This document shows, piece after piece, positions 10,325-19,428 of a stretch of DNA of 64,000 nucleotides. The position numbers were made by a program, and so were the translations under genes. The DNA is from a virus, in the IMG/VR virus record IMGVR_UViG_3300030380_006811, positions 32,001 through 96,000 of that record, one strand, 5' to 3'. The notes beneath the pieces were generated by a model. It was given only the letters and a program-made list of their open reading frames with translations, was not told the origin of the DNA and did not search any database. Numbering within the stretch: the first letter of the stretch is position 1; each line of letters opens with the position of its first letter.

Positions 10325-10591
10325 ATGTTAAACAAATTAAAACAAAAATGGATGGCATTTAAAGATATTTTTAATGACAAAAATGATATCAACGAAAAAT
10401 CAGTAGTTGGTTTCGCAGCATTTGCAATTATGACTATTTTTGCAATAGTAGATTTAGTTACAGGATATGTAGGAAAAGATTTAGTAATTAATGAATTTAT
10501 TTACGATTCATTTTTATTTATTACTTTAGGTTGTTTTGGAATTGCTGAAATTGGACAAATTTTTGGTAAGAAAAACGACAAAGGAGAATGA
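10325..10591 (+). CDS. 2-TM membrane protein, holin-like
   Basis: Two TMs, basic C-terminus, upstream of a putative muralytic gene. Confidence 0.5.
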   Translation: MLNKLKQKWMAFKDIFNDKNDINEKSVVGFAAFAIMTIFAIVDLVTGYVGKDLVINEFIYDSFLFITLGCFGIAEIGQIFGKKNDKGE

Positions 10592-10950
10592 GGAAATTAT
10601 TTTTTATAATCCCACTACTACTATGTTTCTCTTTATCTAACGCACAATTATTAACCGAAAATGATAAACAAAAACACTTTGCTGTTGGTGCAGTTATTGG
10701 TAGTGTGGCATACGGAATAATATTAGAAGAAAGCCAAAATAAAAAAACAGCTTTTATAGCTAGTGTAGCTACTGCTTTTGCTGTTGGATATTTAAAAGAA
10801 ACCTACGACAAAAAAAATGGGTATGGGTTTGATAATAGAGATTTACTAGCAAGTACTTACGGAGGATTAACTATAGGTATTACTTTAGATATCTTTGCTA
10901 AAGAGGGTAAAAAAGGTAAAGGTATATTTAGGTTTAAAAAAAGAAAATAA
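10588..10950 (+). CDS. Membrane protein, YfiM/DUF2279-like
   Basis: DKQKHF..., KE.YD......FD..DL motif. Confidence 0.6.
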   Translation: MRKLFFIIPLLLCFSLSNAQLLTENDKQKHFAVGAVIGSVAYGIILEESQNKKTAFIASVATAFAVGYLKETYDKKNGYGFDNRDLLASTYGGLTIGITLDIFAKEGKKGKGIFRFKKRK

Positions 10951-10953
10951 ATT

Positions 10954-11562
10954 ATGAGTTGTTATACTAGAAAACAAATTAAAGACACAGTAATCACTAA
11001 AGGATATAAATGGTTTGAAAGTGGTAATTATAATCTAAATATTGTAGGAGTAAGAAACTCAAGCACGCTAGGAGTAGTTACTAATAAATTTGATGACTGT
11101 CTAACAGTATCTTATAATTTAGATGGAGAAGAAAAGTTTTATTGTTTTGATGCTACTACTGACCCAGGTTCACATTGGGAAAAAAATATATTGAATAAAA
11201 ATGGAGTAGCAATTTTAAAACCTGGTCAATATAGGGGGTCACATAAAGTTGGACTTCATCAAGGTAAATATGAAGCATTAAGACAACAAAAACCAGTTAA
11301 AGTATATAGAGACAAAAACAAAGACGGTAAGTATGATCTACTAGAAGAAAATGTTTATGAAGGGATTTATGGAATTAATATTCATAGAGCAACAAAATGG
11401 GAAGGTAAAAAATCTACACAAATTGATAAATGGTCTGCAGGGTGTCAGGTAATAGCAGCTAATAACGATTTCAAATTATTTATGGAAATTGTAAATGAAG
11501 CTAAACATACTTGGGGTAATTCCTTTACATACACCCTAATCGAAAGTAAAGATATAGTATAA
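10954..11562 (+). CDS. Putative peptidoglycan hydrolase, L,D-transpeptidase(YkuD)-like
   Basis: GINIHRA...WSAGCQV His/Cys motif. Confidence 0.6.
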   Translation: MSCYTRKQIKDTVITKGYKWFESGNYNLNIVGVRNSSTLGVVTNKFDDCLTVSYNLDGEEKFYCFDATTDPGSHWEKNILNKNGVAILKPGQYRGSHKVGLHQGKYEALRQQKPVKVYRDKNKDGKYDLLEENVYEGIYGINIHRATKWEGKKSTQIDKWSAGCQVIAANNDFKLFMEIVNEAKHTWGNSFTYTLIESKDIV

Positions 11563-11602
11563 TTGTTTGGCTCTTAACTAATCTCTTACTATATTTATAA
11601 TT

Positions 11603-12811
11603 ATGCTTAAGAATATTAAACAAGGAATGTTCCCATTCCTAATTGCATTTTCTGCCCTGTCAGTTTCAGCTTCGGCTGCTTTCTATTCAGTTAGTGGCCT
11701 TAGCAAACTTTTTGCGGGAGCAAGTTTAGAAGTTATTATAATGGCGGGTTCATTAGAGTTTGCTAAATTAGTTACAGCTTCACTTTTATACCAGTATTGG
11801 GATACAATTAATAAAACATTAAGAACTTATTTATCAATAGCTACAATTATATTAGTATTAATTACTAGTATGGGTATTTATGGTTTTTTAAGTGCTGCCT
11901 ATCAAGAAACTTACAATAAATTATCTATTGTTAAAAATGAAAAGGCATTTATCCAACAAAAAATAAACTTTTATCAAAATGATGTTACAAGATATGATGA
12001 AGAACTTAAAAGAATTTCTAATAATATTAGTACTCTTTCCAATGCTAGGTCTCAACAAATCCAGGTACGAGACACCTCGGTGGTTGGAGGCGTTAGAACC
12101 ACAATATCAACTTCCGAACTTAGATTGGCAGCAAGCCGTATCAAAACTGAAGAAGAAAATCGTAAAGGTGTTCAGTTTAAAAGAGAAATAGCAGCTGATA
12201 GCTTACAAAAATTTCAATTACAAGTATTAGAATTAGATAACAACACAGAAGTTGCAGGAGAATTAGGACCTCTTCAATACCTATCTGGGCTTACAGGTAC
12301 CCCTATGGATAAGATTATTAATATACTTTTATTAATTATTATTTTTGTATTTGATCCTTTAGCTATTTCTTTAGTTGTAGCAGCAAACTTTGCTTTTGAT
12401 AAAGCATATCCTAAAAGAAAAACCAGAAAAAACCTATATGGGGAAAATATTCCATTAAAAGAAATAAAAGTAAAAGATTCCGAAGAATTAAAAACACAAA
12501 AGGAATTTATGGAAAATTTAGATAATCTTGAAAAGAAAAAGGGGATGTTTCCTAAAAACTATAATGAAGAAGATGAAAAAAGAATGGACATTATAGGGCA
12601 AAACGGAAATGATGGTGAACATTATGATAAATTAGATGTAAATAAAGATGGAATTATTAGTAATGTAGACCAAGAAATAGCCAGAAGAAGAATTACTGAA
12701 ATAGAAAGAATTCAAAAAGAAAAACCATTAACTCAAGAATGGATGAAAAATTTAAAAAAAGAAAAATCCCAACTTGAAAATAAATTAGATGAGTTAACTA
12801 AAAGATACTAA
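11603..12811 (+). CDS. Multi-TM coiled-coil membrane protein
   Basis: 3 N-terminal TMs, coiled coil, FVFDPLA TM, EF-hand-like DVNKDG. Confidence 0.65.
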   Translation: MLKNIKQGMFPFLIAFSALSVSASAAFYSVSGLSKLFAGASLEVIIMAGSLEFAKLVTASLLYQYWDTINKTLRTYLSIATIILVLITSMGIYGFLSAAYQETYNKLSIVKNEKAFIQQKINFYQNDVTRYDEELKRISNNISTLSNARSQQIQVRDTSVVGGVRTTISTSELRLAASRIKTEEENRKGVQFKREIAADSLQKFQLQVLELDNNTEVAGELGPLQYLSGLTGTPMDKIINILLLIIIFVFDPLAISLVVAANFAFDKAYPKRKTRKNLYGENIPLKEIKVKDSEELKTQKEFMENLDNLEKKKGMFPKNYNEEDEKRMDIIGQNGNDGEHYDKLDVNKDGIISNVDQEIARRRITEIERIQKEKPLTQEWMKNLKKEKSQLENKLDELTKRY

Positions 12812-13002
12812 TGAAAAATTTTTTAAAATTTGCATTAATTTGGTATAGTCAACAAATGGCAATCCCTTTTTGGGTTGTAGGGCATATTCATTTATCAATC
12901 CACACTTATCATAATGTAATAGAAATTTTATCTTCTTTAAGTTTAAATTTAGTTGTAGCAGCTGGGTTTTTTATAGATTATCAAGAAAATGGAAAAAAAT
13001 AA
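12811..13002 (+). CDS. Small membrane protein
   Basis: Coupled ORF, hydrophobic. Confidence 0.55.
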   Translation: MKNFLKFALIWYSQQMAIPFWVVGHIHLSIHTYHNVIEILSSLSLNLVVAAGFFIDYQENGKK

Positions 13003-13363
13003 AATAATACAAATAGCAAATAAAGTGTATCCTAATATTAGAGCATATTATGGTTTGGGTAAAAAAGAATACCCACCAATTGAAGTGCATAAAAATATTT
13101 TAGCTAGATTAAGTGGCGAACCAGATGCTCAAGGTGAACCCGCCGATGCTGAATATGATCGTGAAACAAATAAATTATTTATATATTCAGATTATAATAA
13201 TAGTGTTGAAGACGTAATACGAAGTATTATTCATGAGTATGTTCATTATTTACAATCTGGTTCTTGGATGAAAAGATACTACAGTATGGGCTACAAATAT
13301 GGTAATCACCCATATGAAATCTCAGCTAAAAAGGCTGAAGAAAATTGGAAAATGTTCGCGTAA
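12989..13363 (+). CDS. Zn-metallopeptidase-like protein
   Basis: HEYVH (HExxH) plus downstream HPYEISA. Confidence 0.65.
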   Translation: MEKNKIIQIANKVYPNIRAYYGLGKKEYPPIEVHKNILARLSGEPDAQGEPADAEYDRETNKLFIYSDYNNSVEDVIRSIIHEYVHYLQSGSWMKRYYSMGYKYGNHPYEISAKKAEENWKMFA

Positions 13364-13366
13364 AAA

Positions 13367-13396
13367 TTTGGCTATCAGGGATAGGGTTCGTATATT
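13367..13396 (+). promoter_or_regulatory. Early/host-sigma promoter TTTGG-N17-CGTATATT
   Basis: Exact match to the repeated motif; resembles Bacteroidota -33/-7 consensus. Confidence 0.8.
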
Positions 13397-13416
13397 TACG
13401 TGTTAAAATTTAGGTT

Positions 13417-13524
13417 ATGTTTAAAAAGTACAAAAAAGAGATCGATACAGTAGCAAGTTTTTTGTTTATTGCAGCAATATTTTATACATTATACTTCGCC
13501 CTTTGGGTGTTTTGTCCTTGTTAA
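13417..13524 (+). CDS. 35-aa membrane peptide (not in ORF track)
   Basis: MFKKYKKEIDTVASFLFIAAIFYTLYFALWVFCPC, directly after a promoter and AGGTT-ATG. Confidence 0.6.
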   Translation: MFKKYKKEIDTVASFLFIAAIFYTLYFALWVFCPC

Positions 13525-13525
13525 T

Positions 13526-14026
13526 ATGTTTAAAGTACATCTTAGTAAAAAAGCTATACAAAAAAGACTAGACGAGAACTACCAAAAACTAAATTATAAT
13601 CAGTTTAGGTGGTGGCGTTGGTATGAATCACGAAATAAATCATTACCATATAAGTCTAGTTTTAGGGATAAAATACTAAATGGTGATTATGATACTTCAC
13701 CCTATATGCTTCAGTCACAGTTGTGTGAGCATATGTTGAATGAATTATTAGAAGAATGTGATTCTGATTATCAAAAATATTTAGAAAAAGGTAAGTTATT
13801 AATAGCTCGAAGAAAAAGATTATTAGAGGATTATGAAAAGGATGAATTTAATAAACTAGAGGAAATTTATTCCCAATTTCAAAAAAATTTTGATATTACT
13901 AGAGAACAAGTAGAGGAAGAAGCTATAGAATGCCGTGATGGTCTAATAGATCTTTATTATATTATAGAAGAAAAATATAGAAAAAAACATTATGTCTCCA
14001 AAAGGGGGCGTCCAAGAAAAATATGA
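13526..14026 (+). CDS. Hypothetical protein with C-terminal AT-hook-like RGRPR
   Basis: ATG 13526 preferred to TTG 13469; ends KRGRPRKI. Confidence 0.65.
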   Translation: MFKVHLSKKAIQKRLDENYQKLNYNQFRWWRWYESRNKSLPYKSSFRDKILNGDYDTSPYMLQSQLCEHMLNELLEECDSDYQKYLEKGKLLIARRKRLLEDYEKDEFNKLEEIYSQFQKNFDITREQVEEEAIECRDGLIDLYYIIEEKYRKKHYVSKRGRPRKI

Positions 14027-14829
14027 AAGTAAGTCACGAAGTACCTAGTTGTTTATTAACCGCATCCCCTGAATTTAATGATTACGATTATTGTCTTCCC
14101 CATTTATTAGATCAAGATGAGGATTATTTACAATATTTTAGGAATGCTAAAGAAGCTGGTCGTTATATTATTATGGATAATTCGCTTCACGAATTAGGTA
14201 AAGCATACAACCATAAAAGATTATTACATTGGATTACAGAATTAGAACCAAATGAATTTATAGTACCAGATGTTTGGATGAAATGTTCCCAAACTGCGGC
14301 TCAAGCAAAATATTGGTTGCAGTACAAATACCCTAAAAACACTAAAATAACAGCCGTAATTCAGGGTGAAAATAAAAATCAAGCTTATTTATGTGCTAAT
14401 TTATTAGCTAATTTGGGTTATAGTAAATTATGTGTATCTTATGGTGCTACTTGGTATAATGATTTCTTCCCACACACTAACCCAGATATGGGAAAAGCAT
14501 TAGGTAGAGTACGATTTGTACAGGGATTACTAAATTTAAAACAATTAAAAGATATTAAGTTTCATTTACTAGGTTGTTCAATACCACAAGAATTTGGTTG
14601 GTATGATAATGATCCTAGAATTGAATCAATTGATACTTCAAATCCAATTATGGCTGCTTTAGAAGGTACTTTGTATTCTGAACATGGTTTAAATAGTAAA
14701 CCGAAAGCAAACATGAATGATCATTTTAATATGGATTGGGAAGATATCGAATATGAAAGTATTTTACACAACACAACATTATTTAGAGAAATTAATAATA
14801 TTAAAAAGAGAGATATATGGCCAAATTAA
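14023..14829 (+). CDS. dpdA: TGT-fold DNA guanine transglycosylase (DpdA-like)
   Basis: IIMDNS, IVPDV, AVIQG, FHLLG, SIDTS motifs of the TGT/DpdA fold; next to queC/D/E and folE. Confidence 0.72.
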   Translation: MKVSHEVPSCLLTASPEFNDYDYCLPHLLDQDEDYLQYFRNAKEAGRYIIMDNSLHELGKAYNHKRLLHWITELEPNEFIVPDVWMKCSQTAAQAKYWLQYKYPKNTKITAVIQGENKNQAYLCANLLANLGYSKLCVSYGATWYNDFFPHTNPDMGKALGRVRFVQGLLNLKQLKDIKFHLLGCSIPQEFGWYDNDPRIESIDTSNPIMAALEGTLYSEHGLNSKPKANMNDHFNMDWEDIEYESILHNTTLFREINNIKKRDIWPN

Positions 14830-15017
14830 CAAGAAATGTAAATTATTGTAATTATAGATGGGAAGAATATGTGCTAACAGAAGAAGAATTAGCACAGTGG
14901 AAAACAGGTGATGAAGATCTTCAACAAGAAATCATAGATAATGCAGATTGGGACCTAGTAAGAGATAAACCAATTGATGATTATAGTGACGTAGAATTTG
15001 TAGACGACGAAGAATAA
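14817..15017 (+). CDS. Small acidic hypothetical protein
   Basis: ORF track; coupled to neighbours. Confidence 0.6.
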   Translation: MAKLTRNVNYCNYRWEEYVLTEEELAQWKTGDEDLQQEIIDNADWDLVRDKPIDDYSDVEFVDDEE

Positions 15018-15181
15018 TGAAAATACCTTTAGATTTATATTATTGGACAGCAACAGTCAACCATGAAGTATGGTTAATTGATGCAGCTACAGAAAAAGAA
15101 GCTTACGAGAAAATAGAGCTTGAAGAACCTGGAGCTGATATAGAAAATTTAGTTAAAACAAACATAATAAAAGTCATATAA
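15017..15181 (+). CDS. Small hypothetical protein (54 aa, not in track)
   Basis: TAATG coupling; MKIPLDLYYW...KVI. Confidence 0.55.
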   Translation: MKIPLDLYYWTATVNHEVWLIDAATEKEAYEKIELEEPGADIENLVKTNIIKVI

Positions 15182-15182
15182 T

Positions 15183-15380
15183 ATGGTAGAAGCAGTAAAA
15201 CATGCATTAGGATTTTGTGGTGAACATTGGCACCCAAATCTTTGGACTCTTTTAATAGGAGGGTTTGGAATTGGTACTATTTATTCGTATATTAAATTAT
15301 ATTTTAAGTGTAAACTTAAACAAATAAAAACAGCGTTTGCCTATACGCTTAATAATACCTGGCAAAAATTTAAATTATAA
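15183..15380 (+). CDS. Small membrane protein
   Basis: HALGFCGEHWHPN motif plus a TM. Confidence 0.55.
   Translation: MVEAVKHALGFCGEHWHPNLWTLLIGGFGIGTIYSYIKLYFKCKLKQIKTAFAYTLNNTWQKFKL
15264..15293 (+). promoter_or_regulatory. Early-type promoter upstream of queC
   Basis: TTTGG-N17-CGTATATT exact match inside the upstream ORF. Confidence 0.65.
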
Positions 15381-15384
15381 TAAC

Positions 15385-16179
15385 ATGGCAAAACATTGTG
15401 TAGTTTCGTTAAGTGGTGGAATGGATAGCAGCACCCTATTGTTAAGAGCTATCAACGAATATGATACTGTAACAGGTATCTCATTTGACTATGGTCAAAA
15501 ACACAGAGTAGAATTAGAAAGAGCTCAATCGTTAATTAATTATCTAGCAGATAATGGTCATAAAGTAAATTATAGACAAATTAAACTAGATGGATTAGTA
15601 GATTTATTAGATTCAGCATTAACTGAAGGAGGTAAAGATGTACCTGAAGGTCATTATGAGCAAGATAATATGAAGGAAACAGTTGTACCTAATAGAAATA
15701 AAATGTTTGCTTCTATAGTTCAAGCAGTAGCATTATCTGTAGCTAATAAAACAGGAGAGACTTGTGATATTGCCTTAGGTATTCATGCAGGTGATCATGC
15801 TGTTTATCCTGATTGTAGACAAGAATTTAGAGATGCAGATGATGCTGCTTTTAGAATTGGAAATTGGGATGCTGATAGAGTAGGTTATTTTACTCCATAT
15901 TTAGATACAGATAAATTTGGTATATTACAAAATGGAGAAATTTTATGTGCAAAACTAAAAATTGATTTTGATGATGTCTATTCTAGAACTAATACTAGTT
16001 ATAAGCCTTTTCCTAGTGGGAACAGTGATTATAAATCTGCTTCATCTGTTGAGAGGATTGAGGCGTTTATTGCTTTGGGTAGGAAAGATCCTGTGCAGTA
16101 TGAAGATGAAACTGGTCCTGTGGATTGGGAAATTGCAAAATCAAGTGTTGAAGAAGTTTTAGCTGAACACTCAGCTTAA
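15385..16179 (+). CDS. queC: 7-cyano-7-deazaguanine synthase
   Basis: SLSGGMDSST, FDYGQKH, VPNRN, HAGD..YPDCR; ATG 15385. Confidence 0.92.
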   Translation: MAKHCVVSLSGGMDSSTLLLRAINEYDTVTGISFDYGQKHRVELERAQSLINYLADNGHKVNYRQIKLDGLVDLLDSALTEGGKDVPEGHYEQDNMKETVVPNRNKMFASIVQAVALSVANKTGETCDIALGIHAGDHAVYPDCRQEFRDADDAAFRIGNWDADRVGYFTPYLDTDKFGILQNGEILCAKLKIDFDDVYSRTNTSYKPFPSGNSDYKSASSVERIEAFIALGRKDPVQYEDETGPVDWEIAKSSVEEVLAEHSA

Positions 16180-16184
16180 AAATA

Positions 16185-16296
16185 TGCCCCGTGGAGCAGT
16201 AGGTAGCTCGCTTTGGCTTAACTCGGCGCAAAATAAATACGATCGTGAAAAGCAAAGAGGTCAAGGAGGTCGCAGGTTCGAGTCCTGTCGGGGTCA
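16185..16296 (+). tRNA. tRNA-like gene (fMet-like body) with 39-nt insertion in the anticodon loop
   Basis: Acceptor TGCCCCG/CGGGGTC, D arm GAGC-AGTAGGTA-GCTC, AC stem CTTTG/CAAGG, T arm GCAGG-TTCGAGT-CCTGT; 46 nt between the AC stem halves; no CCA. Confidence 0.75.
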
Positions 16297-16310
16297 GCAA
16301 AATTAAGTAT

Positions 16311-16508
16311 ATGGAAGATTTTAATAATATTGAAAAAGATAGAAAAAACTTAGAACACATGCCTGATCAGAGGTTACATCAGGTTATTAGTTTTATTAAA
16401 TCAGGAATTAGAATAGTTGGATATGGACTTTTACTATATAACGTGCCAATTGCAGTAGGAGTTCTTATATTAAGTGAAGCAATTGGTATAATTGAAGAAT
16501 TAGTATAA
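16311..16508 (+). CDS. Small membrane protein
   Basis: ATG 16311; SFIKSGIRI...AEAIGIIEELV-type motif. Confidence 0.6.
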   Translation: MEDFNNIEKDRKNLEHMPDQRLHQVISFIKSGIRIVGYGLLLYNVPIAVGVLILSEAIGIIEELV

Positions 16509-16756
16509 TGAAGAAAATTTTATATTTTAGTGCTCCTTGGTGTGGTCCTTGTCAAATGCTAGGTCCAACTATGGATTCTGTAGCCAATGAAGTAAATTTT
16601 ACTAAAATTAACGTAGATGAAGACACAAATACCTCAGTTAAATATGGTATTCGTAATGTTCCTACTCTAGTTTTAGTAGATAAAAGTGGTAAAGAAATTA
16701 ATAGATTAATAGGAAATGTTTCCAAACAACAAGTAATAGATTTTTATAATGGGTAA
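16508..16756 (+). CDS. trxA: Thioredoxin
   Basis: WCGPC active site. Confidence 0.9.
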   Translation: MKKILYFSAPWCGPCQMLGPTMDSVANEVNFTKINVDEDTNTSVKYGIRNVPTLVLVDKSGKEINRLIGNVSKQQVIDFYNG

Positions 16757-17213
16757 ATTTCAATCAAGTAAAGTATTTGACGGATTTAGTACAGTGTTTC
16801 GTCAATGGAAGGCAACAACAACACACTGTAGATTTGTTCATGGTTATGGAATTTCATTTAAAGTTTATTTTGAAGGAGAACTAGATGACAGAAATTGGGT
16901 TTGGGACTTTGGAGGAATGAAAAGAGCTAAAACTAAAATAGATGGTAAGTCTCCTAAAGAATGGATGGATTATATGTTTGATCATACTTTAGTGGTAGCA
17001 GAAGATGATCCTGAAGTAGAAGCATTCAAACAAATGGATACTGCGGGTGTAGCTCAAGTAAGAGTAATACCAGCTACTGGTGCGGAAAAATTTGCTGAAT
17101 ATATTTATACCAAATTAAATAGTTTTGTTAAAGCTGAAACCGATAACAGAGTAAGAGTAACGAGAGTGAAATTTATGGAGCACGGTAAAAACGCAGCAAG
17201 CTATAGTGAATAA
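16749..17213 (+). CDS. queD: 6-carboxy-5,6,7,8-tetrahydropterin synthase
   Basis: HCRFVHGY, WVWDFG, FDHT. Confidence 0.88.
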   Translation: MGKFQSSKVFDGFSTVFRQWKATTTHCRFVHGYGISFKVYFEGELDDRNWVWDFGGMKRAKTKIDGKSPKEWMDYMFDHTLVVAEDDPEVEAFKQMDTAGVAQVRVIPATGAEKFAEYIYTKLNSFVKAETDNRVRVTRVKFMEHGKNAASYSE

Positions 17214-17256
17214 AAGTATAATAGTGAATGAAAAACCACTTTAAAAAATTAACAAT

Positions 17257-18042
17257 ATGCATAAGCAACTAAAAAGGGTTACAGACTACAATAAAAGACT
17301 ACCTATTGTAGAAATATACACAGCAGTACAATCAGAAGGAAGCAGAGCAGGATACCCAACAGTAGTAATTAGAACTACAGGGTGTACTCATAGATGTTAT
17401 TTTGGTGAAGGAGGATGGTGTGATAGTTGGTATACAAGTATTCATGCAGAAAAAGGTAAATTTACCTTTAATGATATTATTGCAATGTATAAAAAGAACC
17501 CCCATATATCAGAAATGATGTTAACTGGAGGTTCACCTACTATGCATGGAGCATTAGTAAACGAATTAACACACTTTGCACATGAAAATAATATATTTAT
17601 TACTATCGAAACTGAGGGAAGTCATTTTCTACCCACAGATTACCCTATTAATTTGCTATCTATTAGCCCTAAGTTTTCTAATTCTATACCAGTATTGGGT
17701 GTAAAAACACCACAAGGTGAAGTTACAACTGAAAAAATGATTAAAACACATAATAGGCTAAGGTGTAATTGGGATGCCATTAAAAAATCCATAGCTTACC
17801 ATTCAGATTTTCATTTAAAACCTGTTTGGGATGGAAAAGATCAAGGGGCATTAGCTGAAATTATGGATGCAATAGCTCAATTAGAAATTAAACCTGAAAA
17901 AGTTTGGTTTATGCCTGCAGGTGATTCAAGAGAAGCATTATTTAAATCTTATCCTGTATTATTTGATTGGGTTAGAGATAATGGATATAGAATGACTTGG
18001 AGGCCTCACATTATTGCTTTTGAAGATCAAAGAGAGGTATAA
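17257..18042 (+). CDS. queE: 7-carboxy-7-deazaguanine synthase (radical SAM)
   Basis: EIY..VQSEG, RTTGCTHRC...WCDS, LTGGSP, IETEG, SISPK. Confidence 0.88.
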   Translation: MHKQLKRVTDYNKRLPIVEIYTAVQSEGSRAGYPTVVIRTTGCTHRCYFGEGGWCDSWYTSIHAEKGKFTFNDIIAMYKKNPHISEMMLTGGSPTMHGALVNELTHFAHENNIFITIETEGSHFLPTDYPINLLSISPKFSNSIPVLGVKTPQGEVTTEKMIKTHNRLRCNWDAIKKSIAYHSDFHLKPVWDGKDQGALAEIMDAIAQLEIKPEKVWFMPAGDSREALFKSYPVLFDWVRDNGYRMTWRPHIIAFEDQREV

Positions 18043-18045
18043 GAG

Positions 18046-18216
18046 ATGTCTAAATGGGATGAAATAAATGAAAAATTAGAATTTATTTATCTTAATACTG
18101 ATAGATGCTGTCAAGATTTATGCGAAGGTCAAGAATGTAAATATAGGGTAGAAGAGATAATGGAGTTATTAGTAGATATAAAACAAAAATATGATAAAGT
18201 TAATTTATGGAAGTGA
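18046..18216 (+). CDS. Small Cys-containing hypothetical protein (not in track)
   Basis: MSKWDEINEK...CCQDLCEGQEC; fills the gap between genes. Confidence 0.45.
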   Translation: MSKWDEINEKLEFIYLNTDRCCQDLCEGQECKYRVEEIMELLVDIKQKYDKVNLWK

Positions 18217-18718
18217 TACAGGTAATACTGAACACGTTATAGATAATATACTATTAACAGAGTTAGAAAATAAGGGTTTTGAAATTAATGTAACTTGCGT
18301 TAATGAAGTAACTGAAGAAGATTGGAATCATAATAAATTTATATTAGGTATTCCTACTTGGTATGATGGTGAATTACAAAGTGATTGGGAAGATTATTTT
18401 GATACCTTTAAAGAAATAGACTTTACAGATAAAACAGTAGCTATATTTGGTTTAGGAGACCAAATTGGCTATGAAGAATGGTTTTGTGATGGTATTGGAA
18501 TATTAGCTGAGGTAGTTCTAAAAAACGGAGGTAAAGTTATTGGTTATACTGAAAACGATGATTCGTATGAATTAGATGAAACCCCTAAGTCTTTAGTTAA
18601 TGAAGATACTTTCTATGGGTTATGTTTAGATGAAGATAATCAAGATGAACTAACTGAAGAGAGAATAGAAAATTGGGTTGATAAATTAAAAAAAGAATAT
18701 TATATTAACAATAAATAA
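18191..18718 (+). CDS. fldA: Flavodoxin (long chain)
   Basis: YGSDTGNTE, GIPTW..GELQ.DW, FGLGDQ, GLCLDEDNQ. Confidence 0.92.
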   Translation: MIKLIYGSDTGNTEHVIDNILLTELENKGFEINVTCVNEVTEEDWNHNKFILGIPTWYDGELQSDWEDYFDTFKEIDFTDKTVAIFGLGDQIGYEEWFCDGIGILAEVVLKNGGKVIGYTENDDSYELDETPKSLVNEDTFYGLCLDEDNQDELTEERIENWVDKLKKEYYINNK

Positions 18719-18729
18719 AAGTTATATAC

Positions 18730-19425
18730 ATGGAGAATAAACGTAGAAAAAACCACACAGACTTAGAGGTGGTGCAAGAAGGATTTGCAAATGGTGTTGC
18801 CCCCGGCTTTCCTTTTACGGATAAACAAAAACAAAAAATGATTAATAATGCAGAAAAAGCTTATGGAAAGTTTTTAGATGCATTAAAATGTGATTGGAGA
18901 AATGATCCCAATTCAATGGAAACACCTCGACGAGTAGCTAAAGCTTATGTTAATGATTTATGGGCTGGTAGATACACAGCAATGTCTCCTATTACATCAT
19001 TCCCATCAGATGGTTATGATGGTATTGTTATTGAACGTAATATACCATTAACTTCAATGTGTTCTCACCACCACCAAACAATTGGGGGAGTTGTTCATAT
19101 TGGTTATATAGCAGGAGAAGGTGGACAAGTAATTGGATTATCTAAATTAAATAGAATTGTAGAATTATTTGGTAGAAGAGGAGCAATTCAAGAACAACTT
19201 ACATCAGCTATACATAATGCTGTAGATAAAATTACAGATGGAAATAAAGGTGTAATTGTTACTATTGTAGGAACTCATAATTGTGTAAGTTGTAGAGGAG
19301 TTAAACATCAAGGAGCAGCAATGGTTACAACAAAAGCATCAGGTGTATTTAGAAAAAATGAAAATTTAGCTCGTAAAGAGTTTTTTGATAGTTTAAAAAT
19401 TAATAATGGTGGACACAATATTTAA
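18730..19425 (+). CDS. folE: GTP cyclohydrolase I
   Basis: ETPRRVAK, SMCSHH, GLSKLNR, IQEQLT, HNCVSCRG. Confidence 0.93.
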   Translation: MENKRRKNHTDLEVVQEGFANGVAPGFPFTDKQKQKMINNAEKAYGKFLDALKCDWRNDPNSMETPRRVAKAYVNDLWAGRYTAMSPITSFPSDGYDGIVIERNIPLTSMCSHHHQTIGGVVHIGYIAGEGGQVIGLSKLNRIVELFGRRGAIQEQLTSAIHNAVDKITDGNKGVIVTIVGTHNCVSCRGVKHQGAAMVTTKASGVFRKNENLARKEFFDSLKINNGGHNI

Positions 19426-19428
19426 GTT

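Noticed and set aside
15294-15384. preQ1 riboswitch upstream of queC
   Set aside because: The region is coding and AT-rich with no recognisable preQ1 stem or pseudoknot
16216-16261. Ochre suppressor tRNA / stop-codon recoding
   Set aside because: TAA is the dominant stop, TAG and TGA also end genes, and ORFs are intact in the standard code; the loop would lack U33
16245-16310. N-terminal extension of the 16245 ORF
   Set aside because: Overlaps the tRNA T arm and acceptor stem; ATG 16311 is the more plausible start
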